Shown here: one piece after another, positions 34,335 through 43,347 of the stretch
Layout: each line of letters starts with the position of its first letter
How positions within the stretch are numbered: the stretch's first letter is position 1
Origin: an uncultured bacterium
GTDB lineage: Bacteria; Patescibacteriota; Minisyncoccia; Phycocordibacterales; JAACPR01
NCBI GenBank assembly: GCA_937858275.1
Contig: CALLZK010000021.1
Coordinates: 1 to 45,370 of the forward strand
Length of the DNA: 45,370 nucleotides
Reading direction: 5' to 3'
Position numbers and translations under genes: made by a program
Notes under the pieces: model-generated
Told to the model about the DNA's origin: nothing
The model's input: only the letters and a program-made list of their open reading frames with translations
Database searches by the model: none

Positions 34335-36068
34335 CTATTCAGAAACAACTCTCAAAACCTCTTCGATTGTTGTTACACCAAGCACAGATTTGTAAATTCC
34401 GTCCTCAACCATAGTCAACATTCCTTCTGCTCTGGCTTGTTTTTCTATTTTTTCTGCTGATTCATTTTTCAAAATTAAATCTTTTACAGAATCAGAAACT
34501 CTCAAAATTTCTTGAATTCCAATCCTGCCAGAATAACCATCATCGTCACCTTCAACTATTGGTTTGTAAAAAGGAATTTCTGTCCAAGGAACATTTGGTT
34601 TGATGATTTTTTCATCAACCAAAACACGATGAATCAAATCCAGATTTGCTATTTTGTTCAATTGTTCTATTCCTATTTTTTTCAAAAAATATTTTTCTTT
34701 TTTATCAAGTTTTCTAACCAATCTTTGTGCAATTATGACTTTTAGAGTTGATACCAATAAAAAAGATTGTGATCCCATATCAATTAATCTTGGAATTGTA
34801 CCTGAAGCAGAATTTGTGTGCAGTGTAGATAAGACAAGATGACCCGTAAGCGATGCATTAATTGCCAAATTTGCAGTTTCACCATCTCGAATTTCTCCAA
34901 CCATTATTATGTCTGGGTCTTGTCTAACCAATGCTCTCAACCCTGAAGAGAATGTAAATCCAATATCTGGTTTTACTTGTGTTTGATTAACTCTTGGCAT
35001 TTGATATTCAATCGGATCCTCTATTGTTGAAATATTTACATCTGGAGTATTTAGCAAATCAATAAGTGTATATAAAGTCGTAGTTTTTCCAGAACCAGTC
35101 GGTCCAGTTGTCAAAATCATTCCAGTTGTTTGTTTTAGTGCCGAATGAACCATTTCCAAACCATCTCCATGAAAACCCAAAGCTTCAAGGGTAAATCCGC
35201 CACCACCCTCCCTCAAAATTCTCATTACTATTTTTTCTCCATGAGATATTGGAAGAATAGAAACCCTAAAAGAAACATTTTCACCCTCAAGTTCAGTTTT
35301 AAATCTTCCATCTTGTGGCAATCTTTTTTCGTCAATTTTTAGACTAGATAAAACTTTTATTCTAGCAACTATTGCTGGTCCTGAATGTTTTGGCAAAACC
35401 ATAGCATCATGTAACAAACCATCAACTCTATATCGAACGATAACATTTGCCTCATTTGGTTCTATGTGAATATCTGATGCTCCTTGTATAATTGCATGTT
35501 TTAATAAGGTATCTACGATTTTTATAACCGGCAAATCTGTTGCGATTTTTTGCAAGTCACCAACATTTTGTAATTTTGATTGATCAAGATTTGAGGCCTC
35601 TTTTTTGATAATATCTCCAAAATCTTCCTTTAAACTTTTTTGATATTGTAAAATTGCTTTTTTGAGACCTTCTGATGAAGTTAATCTGGGCAAGATTTTT
35701 AAGCCAGTTTTTTTTGTAATAAATTCTATCGCTGACAAATTATCAGTATCAAGCATTGCAACTTCTAACTTGTTACCCTCTTTGTTATAAGCTACTATAT
35801 TATTTTTTCTAGCAATCGGTTCTGGAATCAAATTTAAAACATCAAAAGAAATTTTTTGTGAACCAATATCTATAAAAGGTATTCCCAAAATATAAGCTTG
35901 TACTCTTTTTAATTCGTCCTCCGAAACAACACCTTCTCCAACCAAATAATCTCCGATAGTTTGTTTATGGTCTTTTGATATTTTTTTATAAGCATCTTCC
36001 CAAACATCTCTGGTCACAATACCAGAATCAATCATAAAATCTTTTAATTTATTTTCATCTATGAACAT
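34335..36068 (-). CDS. pilB: Type IV pilus assembly ATPase PilB (GspE family)
   Basis: ASDIHIEP, PQDGRF, GPTGSGKTTT, RQDPDIIMVGEIRD and TGHLVLSTLHTN. Confidence 0.96.
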   Translation of the reverse strand: MFIDENKLKDFMIDSGIVTRDVWEDAYKKISKDHKQTIGDYLVGEGVVSEDELKRVQAYILGIPFIDIGSQKISFDVLNLIPEPIARKNNIVAYNKEGNKLEVAMLDTDNLSAIEFITKKTGLKILPRLTSSEGLKKAILQYQKSLKEDFGDIIKKEASNLDQSKLQNVGDLQKIATDLPVIKIVDTLLKHAIIQGASDIHIEPNEANVIVRYRVDGLLHDAMVLPKHSGPAIVARIKVLSSLKIDEKRLPQDGRFKTELEGENVSFRVSILPISHGEKIVMRILREGGGGFTLEALGFHGDGLEMVHSALKQTTGMILTTGPTGSGKTTTLYTLIDLLNTPDVNISTIEDPIEYQMPRVNQTQVKPDIGFTFSSGLRALVRQDPDIIMVGEIRDGETANLAINASLTGHLVLSTLHTNSASGTIPRLIDMGSQSFLLVSTLKVIIAQRLVRKLDKKEKYFLKKIGIEQLNKIANLDLIHRVLVDEKIIKPNVPWTEIPFYKPIVEGDDDGYSGRIGIQEILRVSDSVKDLILKNESAEKIEKQARAEGMLTMVEDGIYKSVLGVTTIEEVLRVVSE

Positions 36069-36111
36069 TTGAATGAATTATAACACATATATAAATAGTA
36101 TTTCAAAACAT

Positions 36112-36139
36112 TTGCACCTTTTTTGAAATATGATACAAT
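36112..36139 (+). promoter_or_regulatory. Putative nusA promoter
   Basis: TTGCAC-16 nt-TACAAT with an extended TG; the -35 is flanked by a perfect 10-bp inverted repeat TATTTCAAAA/TTTTGAAATA (36099-36130). Confidence 0.6.
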
Positions 36140-36160
36140 ATATTCCATCAGAACAGGACA

Positions 36161-36189
36161 GTCTGCCCAAAAGGCGGGCTAATTTTTTT
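36161..36189 (+). terminator. Terminator-like attenuator in the nusA leader
   Basis: GTCTGCC-CAAAA-GGCGGGC (two G-U pairs), then TAA and T7; lies between the promoter and the nusA ATG. Confidence 0.55.
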
Positions 36190-36250
36190 AAAAAAATCGT
36201 GATTTTTTAATCAAAATAAAAATTCACACAACACAATATAACAAAATAAT

Positions 36251-37450
36251 ATGTTTGATTTAAAAGTAATAAATGCTGTGTTATCACAGATGGAAGAAGA
36301 AAGGGGTATTCCAAAAAATAAAATAATTGAAGCCATAGAAATGGCCTTGGGAACCGCTTACAAAAAAGAATACGGAAAAAAAGGACAAATAATAAAAGCA
36401 AAGTTCGATATAAATTCGGGCGATGTTGAATTTTGGCAATCAAAAATAGTAGTAGAAAAAGAAGGTGTCATAATGCCAGAAGAAGAATTTGATTTGTCTT
36501 CCACAAAAGATGGCGAGGAACCAAAACCAAGGTACAACCCAGAACATCATATACTTATAGAAGAAGCAAAACTTATAAAAAAAGATTCTCAGGTTGGAGA
36601 CGAATTAAATTTTCCCCTAGATAAAAAAAGTGATTTTGGCAGAATAGCTGCTCAAACAGCAAAACAAGTTATAACTCAAAAAATTCGTGAAGCAGAAAAA
36701 GTCTCGGTTGTTTCGGAATTTGGAGAAAAAGAAGGCGAAATAGTTTCAGGCACAATTGAAAGAGTTGAGAGAGGTACAATATTTTTGGATATGGGTAGAG
36801 CAATAGGAATGTTGTCATATGAAGAACAAATCCCTGGGGAAAGATTCAAACAAGGAGAAAGAGTTAGGGCATACCTGTTCAAGGTAGACGAAACAAGTCG
36901 TGGTGTTTTTCTAAAACTATCAAGATCACATCCAAAATTTCTAGAGGAATTGTTTAGATCTGAAGTTCCAGAAATGTCATCAGGAACAGTAGAAATAAAA
37001 GCTATTGCTAGAGAAGCTGGTGCCAGATCAAAAGTAGCAGTTTATTCAAATGACGAACATATTGATCCTGTTGGTTCTCTTGTTGGACAAAGAGGTGTTA
37101 GAGTAAGCACCATAATGTCAGAACTTGGTGGTGAAAAAATAGACATAATAGAGTGGTCAGAAAAGCCAGAAGAATTTATTAGCGAGGCACTATCACCAGC
37201 CAAAATATTAGATATAAAAATAAATTCAGAAGAAAAAATAGCACAAGTCAAAGTTGCTCCGGATCAACAATCACTTGCGATTGGAAAAGGTGGTCAAAAT
37301 GTTAGATTAGCAGCAAAATTGACTGGTTGGAAAATAGATGTGATCTCAGAGCAAAATCAAACAAATACTGACACACCAGAAACACAATCAACGGCACAAA
37401 AAGACGATTCTGCTGATGTAAAAACATCTGAAAATGATAAAATATCATAA
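36251..37450 (+). CDS. nusA: Transcription elongation factor NusA
   Basis: FGRIAAQTAKQVI, S1 domain, IAREAGARSKVAV, IDPVGSLVGQRG and AIGKGGQNVRLAAKLTGWKID. Confidence 0.99.
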   Translation: MFDLKVINAVLSQMEEERGIPKNKIIEAIEMALGTAYKKEYGKKGQIIKAKFDINSGDVEFWQSKIVVEKEGVIMPEEEFDLSSTKDGEEPKPRYNPEHHILIEEAKLIKKDSQVGDELNFPLDKKSDFGRIAAQTAKQVITQKIREAEKVSVVSEFGEKEGEIVSGTIERVERGTIFLDMGRAIGMLSYEEQIPGERFKQGERVRAYLFKVDETSRGVFLKLSRSHPKFLEELFRSEVPEMSSGTVEIKAIAREAGARSKVAVYSNDEHIDPVGSLVGQRGVRVSTIMSELGGEKIDIIEWSEKPEEFISEALSPAKILDIKINSEEKIAQVKVAPDQQSLAIGKGGQNVRLAAKLTGWKIDVISEQNQTNTDTPETQSTAQKDDSADVKTSENDKIS

Positions 37451-37484
37451 TTATTAAATAAAATTTAAATTTAAAATAAAAAAT

Positions 37485-38039
37485 ATGAATCTTTGGCATG
37501 AAATATCAAGAGGTAGTAATGTTCCAGAAACCATAAATGTTATAGTAGAAATACCAGCCGGCTCAAATAACAAATATGAAATAGACAAAAAAACCGGTCT
37601 TATTTCATTAGATAGAGCAAATTATACATCTTCTGCATATCCATTTGATTACGGTTTTGTTCCGCAAACACTTTGGGATGATAATGATCCGCTTGATGTT
37701 GTAATTCTTACAACCTTTCCTCTATATCCCGGAATTTTGGTTAAAGTTAGACCGATTGCGGTTATGGAAATGATTGACGACGGAGAATCAGATTATAAAG
37801 TAATTGGTGTTCCCTGCGATGACAGGAGATGGGAAGACACTCACGACCTACAAGATATCAGTAATCACAGAATAAAAGAAATATCCCACTTTTTCAAGAC
37901 ATACAAACAATTAAAAAAAGATGGTGAAGAGGTACAAGTTGAAATAAGAGGTGTAAAAGGAAAAGCTGAAGCCATTGAGGCAATCAAAAAATCAATAAAT
38001 ACATACGATCAAAAATACGGTACTCCAAAAAGCGAATAG
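37485..38039 (+). CDS. ppa: Inorganic pyrophosphatase (family I)
   Basis: NKYEIDK, YPFDYGFVPQTLWDDNDPLDV and DDGESDYKVI. Confidence 0.97.
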   Translation: MNLWHEISRGSNVPETINVIVEIPAGSNNKYEIDKKTGLISLDRANYTSSAYPFDYGFVPQTLWDDNDPLDVVILTTFPLYPGILVKVRPIAVMEMIDDGESDYKVIGVPCDDRRWEDTHDLQDISNHRIKEISHFFKTYKQLKKDGEEVQVEIRGVKGKAEAIEAIKKSINTYDQKYGTPKSE

Positions 38040-38047
38040 TCAGTAAC

Positions 38048-38078
38048 AAAAAAACAGCAGAAAAGGTGCTGTTTTTTT
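38048..38078 (+). terminator. Intrinsic terminator after ppa
   Basis: A7-CAGCA-loop-TGCTG-T7. Confidence 0.85.
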
Positions 38079-38150
38079 GTTTTTGATAATATTCCACATT
38101 ATTGTATAATCAAAACAAATTACTAATTTAATAAAATAAATAAACAAAAC

Positions 38151-38747
38151 ATGAAAAAAACATTACTTTTAATACCGCTAATCATATTTTCCTTTGTATT
38201 TTTTAATCAAAAGGCAACTGCACAATTATTAGCACCAATTCCAAATCAAATTATTACAAATCAGGAAGAGTTAGAATTAGAAATGTATGAAAGAGCAGTT
38301 CCTAGAGATAAAAAGACACATTCTGATTTTGGAGCAAGAATGAAAATAAATACCGAGCAAAGAAAAGAAAATTTGAAAAAAAGAATTGACGAAAAGAAAA
38401 TTTCTAACATCGAATTTATAGTTGAACAAATTTCAGATCGTTTAATATTTATTTTAGAAAAAATAGAAAACATTTCTATTGCATTAGAAGATAAAATAAA
38501 AGATTTAAAAGAAAAAGAAATTGATGTAAGTGTTGCGGAAGAAAAACTTTCTGTTTCAAAACAAAAAATAGAAATTGCAAAAAATAAAATATCAAATTTA
38601 GAAGATGAAATATATTTAGAAATTTTAAATGAAAAAATAAACAGAGCAGAAGTTCAAAGAAAAATTCAAGAAGCAAGAATGTCTGTCATAGAAGCAAGAC
38701 AATCTTTAAAAGATGTTTTAGAAGAAATTAAAAATCAAATAAAATAA
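38151..38747 (+). CDS. Exported coiled-coil hypothetical protein
   Basis: Signal peptide ending ATA-Q; long E/K-rich heptad region. Confidence 0.8.
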   Translation: MKKTLLLIPLIIFSFVFFNQKATAQLLAPIPNQIITNQEELELEMYERAVPRDKKTHSDFGARMKINTEQRKENLKKRIDEKKISNIEFIVEQISDRLIFILEKIENISIALEDKIKDLKEKEIDVSVAEEKLSVSKQKIEIAKNKISNLEDEIYLEILNEKINRAEVQRKIQEARMSVIEARQSLKDVLEEIKNQIK

Positions 38748-38776
38748 TTTATAAAAAAATAAAATATCAAAAAATT

Positions 38777-39049
38777 ATGGAAAATGAAATATCAAAAAAA
38801 GATGAAGGTGGTGTGGGTCCAATAATTGCATCAATTGTAATTATAATATTAATAGTTTTGGGTGGGTATTATATTTTGTCCAATTCTTCAATTTCACAAA
38901 ATAGAAATGTTGAAGAAGAAAATGCCTTGATTGAAAATCAAAACATTGAATTAATTGAGCAAAAATTTTCTGATGAGGAAATAAATCAAATCGAACAAGA
39001 ACTTGAAAAATTACAACAAGAAATAGACAGCGAGTTGCAAAATATTTAA
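38777..39049 (+). CDS. Small single-TM protein
   Basis: GGVGPIIASIVIIILIVLGGYYIL followed by an acidic coiled tail. Confidence 0.75.
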   Translation: MENEISKKDEGGVGPIIASIVIIILIVLGGYYILSNSSISQNRNVEEENALIENQNIELIEQKFSDEEINQIEQELEKLQQEIDSELQNI

Positions 39050-39068
39050 AAAAAGTTAATCTAAAAAA

Positions 39069-40127
39069 ATGTCTGACAAAAAAATAAATTTTAAAATAAA
39101 AAATAAAAAAGAAGTAGGGCGAGAATTAACTTTTGAAATAATAATAGAAAAAAAAGAGTTAGAAAAAGTCAAAGAAATTGCATTCAAAAAAGTTTCTGAG
39201 AATGTAGAAATAAAAGGTTTCAGAAAAGGAATGGCACCAGAAAAATTGGTTGTAGGCCAGGTTGGAGAAATGAAAATAATTGAGGAACAAGCATATCAAT
39301 CAATAAACAAAATTTTACCAGAATTAGTAGAGCAAGAAAAAATCGAAGCCATCACCCATCCCCAAATTTCTATAACAAAAATATCAGCTAGTGATGATTT
39401 GGAATTAAAAATAGTTTTTATATTGATGCCGTTGATCGAATTACCCGATTACAAAAAAATCGCCAAGGATGTCAAAAAAAATGAAGAAACAAAAGTTTCT
39501 GAAAAAGAGGTAAATGAATATATTGATTACATTAGAAAAAACAGAGCCGAGAGTGAGTATTTAAGAAAAAAAACATCTGGCGAAAATCCTGCGGAAGAAG
39601 AAAAAAATAAACTTCCAGATTTCAACGATGAATTTGTAAAAAGTTTGGGCGATTTCAAAAATGTTTCTGAATTCAAAACTGAATTAGAAAAAAACATGAA
39701 TGAAGAAAAAAAGAATAAAGAAAAAAATCGACGAAGAACAGAGATAATTGAAAAAATAATTGAAGAGGCAAAAGTTGATTTACCAGAAATACTGGTTCAG
39801 GAAGAGTTAGAAAGAATGTTGCAACAATATCAATCTGACATACAAAGAGTTGGTATAAAATTTGAAGACTATCTAAAAGAAATAAAGAAGACTATTGATG
39901 ATTTAAAAAAAGAGTGGCACACAGATGCTGTGAAACGAGCCAAAATGAACCTTATTTTGCCAAAGATTGCCATAAAAGAACAAATAAAAGCAGATCAAAA
40001 AAGACTGGAGCATGAAATGAATCACATAATAGATCATCATAAAGATGTAAATCCAGACCATGCAAGATCATACTTTAGTTATATTTTGACCAATGAGGCA
40101 GTATTCGAATTTCTAGAAAACCTTTAA
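39069..40127 (+). CDS. tig: Trigger factor lacking the FKBP/PPIase domain
   Basis: IKGFRKGMAP signature; LPDYKKI..LPDFNDEFVKSLG joined without the PPIase domain; 352 aa. Confidence 0.92.
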   Translation: MSDKKINFKIKNKKEVGRELTFEIIIEKKELEKVKEIAFKKVSENVEIKGFRKGMAPEKLVVGQVGEMKIIEEQAYQSINKILPELVEQEKIEAITHPQISITKISASDDLELKIVFILMPLIELPDYKKIAKDVKKNEETKVSEKEVNEYIDYIRKNRAESEYLRKKTSGENPAEEEKNKLPDFNDEFVKSLGDFKNVSEFKTELEKNMNEEKKNKEKNRRRTEIIEKIIEEAKVDLPEILVQEELERMLQQYQSDIQRVGIKFEDYLKEIKKTIDDLKKEWHTDAVKRAKMNLILPKIAIKEQIKADQKRLEHEMNHIIDHHKDVNPDHARSYFSYILTNEAVFEFLENL

Positions 40128-40344
40128 TATTGGTCATGAAATAAAAAGTCTAAAATATTTCTAAATTTTTTCTAAAGAAAAGTTAAAATACCTAAAAAAC
40201 ATTTTTGATATACAAAAAATAACTCAAAAAATAAGATATCAAAATTGTTTCACAGGCAAACAAAATTTGATTTTATAAGATTTTTTTTGTATCTTTTAGA
40301 CAAGTCGAGTAAGTTAAAAAAATTAAAAAAATAATATTAAAAAT

Positions 40345-40917
40345 ATGTTAATTCCAACAGTCATAGAAAAAAGTCAATTTGGTGAAAGGGCTTTTGATAT
40401 TTATTCAAGATTATTAAAAGAAGGAATAATTTTTCTTGGCGGACCAATAGATGATCATGTAGCAAATATAGTTATAGCTCAACTATTATTTTTACAATCA
40501 GAAGATCCAAAAAAAGATGTTCAAATTTATATAAATTCACCAGGAGGTTCAATCACAGACATGATGGCAATAATTGATACCATGAATCATATAAAAAATG
40601 ATGTCTCAACAGTTTGTGTCGGAATGGCAGCAAGTGCCGCTGCTTGGATTTTGTCTGCTGGAAAAAAAGGAAAAAGATTTGCTTTGCCAAATGCAGAGGT
40701 CATGATACACCAACCACTTGGCGGTGCACAAGGTCAGGCTTCAGACATTGCAATTTCTGCAAAAAGAATTTTGGAAATGAAAAAAAACTTGGTAGAAATG
40801 ATGTCAAAAAATACAGGAAAACCAACTAGTCAAATTGAAAAAGATGTTGATAGAGATTATTTTTTGACCGCAGAAGAAGCCAAAAAATATGGAATTATAG
40901 ACAAAGTTATTTCATAA
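40345..40917 (+). CDS. clpP: ATP-dependent Clp protease proteolytic subunit
   Basis: [27 protein letters not shown] and [18 protein letters not shown]. Confidence 0.99.
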   Translation: MLIPTVIEKSQFGERAFDIYSRLLKEGIIFLGGPIDDHVANIVIAQLLFLQSEDPKKDVQIYINSPGGSITDMMAIIDTMNHIKNDVSTVCVGMAASAAAWILSAGKKGKRFALPNAEVMIHQPLGGAQGQASDIAISAKRILEMKKNLVEMMSKNTGKPTSQIEKDVDRDYFLTAEEAKKYGIIDKVIS

Positions 40918-40948
40918 AAATATTTATAAAAAATAAAAAAATTAAATT

Positions 40949-40968
40949 CCGACAAAAGGTCGGTTTTT
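40949..40968 (+). terminator. Intrinsic terminator after clpP
   Basis: CCGAC-AAAAG-GTCGG-T5. Confidence 0.75.
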
Positions 40969-41159
40969 AATTTATTTAAAAATTTTTAATAATTTTTGAC
41001 TTTTTCAAACTTAAAAGATAACATAAAAATATTAGCAATTTAAAAAATAAAATCTTCTCAAAATCTCTTTTTGAAAGAAAAGAATAAACACGATAGACTG
41101 GCCAAAAAAACGATAAAAAATGAAAAAGTAAAAGAGTATAAGAGAGGGTTTATAAAAAT

Positions 41160-42689
41160 ATGGAATTATTAATAGTTTTGTTAATTGCCACATCGGCGAT
41201 TTTGGTGGGTATTGTGATCGGTTGGTTTCTTCGATTTATTGTAGCTTTGGGTAAAAAAGGTTCGATGGAATTGGAGATAAAAGAACGATTATTAGAAGCC
41301 AGAGAAGAAGCAGAAAAAATTACAACTGATGCAACAGAAAAAGCAGAGGAAATAATTAAAGAAGCAAAAAATGAAATTAAAAAAGAAGAAGAAAAATTGC
41401 AAAAAACAGAAGACCGTCTGATTGCAAAAGAATCTTTATTGGACGAAAGACAAACAAATCTTGATCTGGAAGAGGAAAATTTGAAAAAGAAATTTGAGGA
41501 AAATGATTTATTAAAAAATAAACTTAAAGAAAAAACGGAACAAAAAATTTTGGAATTACAAAATGTTTCCAGCTTGTCAAAAGAAGAAGCAAAAGAAATT
41601 CTTCTTGAACAATTAAAAGAAGAGATGGATTCTGATTTGCAAAACAGAATTCAAAAAATGGAATTGGCGGACAAAGAAATGTATGACAAAAGAGCCAAAA
41701 ATATATTGGTTTCTGCAATTGAAAGACTTGGTGTTTCGGTTTATTCTGAAAATTTCACCTCAGCGGTCAATATAGCCAATGAAGAAATAAAAGGTAAAAT
41801 AATTGGAAAAGACGGCAGAAATATAAAAACATTTGAAAGAAATGCTGGGGTTGAATTAATCGTGGATGATACTCCAGGAATAATTACAATTTCGACTTTT
41901 GATCCAATTAGAAGAGAAATTGCAAAACAGGCATTAGAAAATTTGATACAAGACGGAAGAATTCAACCAGCCAAAATAGAAGAAGAAATTGAAAAAGCCA
42001 AAAAAAACATAAACAAAGTTATTAAAGAAAAAGGAGAAAAAGCGGCTTTTGAGTGTGGAGTAATTGGTCTTGATCCAAAAATATTATTAATATTGGGTAG
42101 ATTACACTTTAGAACAAGTTATGGACAAAATGTTCTACAACATTCTATTGAAATGGCACATATGGCCGGAATGATTGCCGAAGAAATTGGTGTTGATGTG
42201 AAAATCGCAAAAGCTGGTGCCCTGCTACACGACATAGGTAAAGCAATAGATCACGAAGTTTCTGGATCTCATGTTGAAATAGGAAGAAGAATTTTGCAAA
42301 AATTCGGAGCAGACGAACAAATAATAAAAGCGATGCAATCTCATCATCAAGAATATCCATTTGAAACACCAGAATCAGTAATAGTATATGTGACCGATTC
42401 AATATCTGGCGGTAGACCAGGAGCAAGAAAAGATACCGTCGAAAATTATTTAAAAAGATTGGGTGAATTAGAAATAATCGCCGATTCTTTTGCTGGTGTA
42501 GAAAAATCTTATGCACTACAAGCAGGTAGAGAAATAAGGGTTTTTGTGAAACCAGAAGAAATTTCTGATTTTGAAGCAAAAAACATGGCAAAAAATATCG
42601 CAAAAAAAATAGAAGAGGATTTGAAATATCCGGGCGAAATAAAAATAACATTAATTAGAGAAAACAGGGTTATAGAATATGCAAGATAA
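41160..42689 (+). CDS. rny: Ribonuclease Y
   Basis: N-terminal TM, coiled coil, KH (KGKIIGKDGRNI) and HD (LLHDIGK); SYALQAGREIRV. Confidence 0.98.
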   Translation: MELLIVLLIATSAILVGIVIGWFLRFIVALGKKGSMELEIKERLLEAREEAEKITTDATEKAEEIIKEAKNEIKKEEEKLQKTEDRLIAKESLLDERQTNLDLEEENLKKKFEENDLLKNKLKEKTEQKILELQNVSSLSKEEAKEILLEQLKEEMDSDLQNRIQKMELADKEMYDKRAKNILVSAIERLGVSVYSENFTSAVNIANEEIKGKIIGKDGRNIKTFERNAGVELIVDDTPGIITISTFDPIRREIAKQALENLIQDGRIQPAKIEEEIEKAKKNINKVIKEKGEKAAFECGVIGLDPKILLILGRLHFRTSYGQNVLQHSIEMAHMAGMIAEEIGVDVKIAKAGALLHDIGKAIDHEVSGSHVEIGRRILQKFGADEQIIKAMQSHHQEYPFETPESVIVYVTDSISGGRPGARKDTVENYLKRLGELEIIADSFAGVEKSYALQAGREIRVFVKPEEISDFEAKNMAKNIAKKIEEDLKYPGEIKITLIRENRVIEYAR

Positions 42690-42695
42690 TAAGAC

Positions 42696-42724
42696 TTGCA
42701 AGGCCAAATTTGCTTTTATATACT
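42696..42724 (+). promoter_or_regulatory. sigma70 promoter of hup
   Basis: TTGCAA-17 nt-TATACT. Confidence 0.75.
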
Positions 42725-42812
42725 TATTTGGTGCTTAAAAAGTAATTAAAGCACGTGCTTTTTACAAGTTAACCGTCCAAAAATGCACAATTTTGGACAA
42801 AAAACAATTTAT

Positions 42813-43085
42813 ATGAATAAAGCAAGTATTGTGGAAAAAGTTCAAGAATTGCTTGGAGGAACAAAAGTTCAAGCTGAACAAGTTGTAGATACAGTATTTG
42901 ACACAATTGCGAATTCCATAAAAAAAGGAGAGGAAGTTTCAGTTGCAGGATTTGGTATTTTTAGCTCAAAAGAAAGAGCTGCTAGAACAGCTAGAAATCC
43001 AAGAACTGGAGAAACAATCACTGTCCCAGCTATGAGAGTTCCAAAATTCAGAGCAGCTAAAGCTTTGAAAGAGGCTGTAAAATAA
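42813..43085 (+). CDS. hup: DNA-binding protein HU
   Basis: Start MNKASIV; VAGFGIF and ARTARNPRTGE..PKFRAAKALKEAV. Confidence 0.97.
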   Translation: MNKASIVEKVQELLGGTKVQAEQVVDTVFDTIANSIKKGEEVSVAGFGIFSSKERAARTARNPRTGETITVPAMRVPKFRAAKALKEAVK

Positions 43086-43093
43086 TACAGATC

Positions 43094-43137
43094 AAAATAA
43101 AATTGCCATCACTGACGAGTGGTGGCAATTTTATTTT
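43094..43137. terminator. Bidirectional terminator between hup and tRNA-Gly
   Basis: AAAATAAAATTGCCATCACT-GACG-AGTGGTGGCAATTTTATTTT. Confidence 0.88.
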
Positions 43138-43180
43138 TAAAAGACGATTTGTTAGTTTTTTTTAAAATTATTATTTTCTG

Positions 43181-43251
43181 TGCGGGTGGGGAGAATCGAA
43201 CTCCCGTCTTCTGCTTGGAAGGCAGACATTCTACCACTAAACCACACCCGC
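43181..43251 (-). tRNA. tRNA-Gly (anticodon TCC), CCA not encoded
   Basis: GCGGGTG acceptor / CACCCGC; TCTGC-CTTCCAA-GCAGA anticodon arm; GTTCGATTC T-loop. Confidence 0.97.
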
Positions 43252-43347
43252 AAACTAAAAAAATAATATCAAATTTTTTAAAAAACATCAAATTTTAAAT
43301 TATTTTGAGAAAATGGAAAAAAACAATAAATCATATATAATTCAAAC

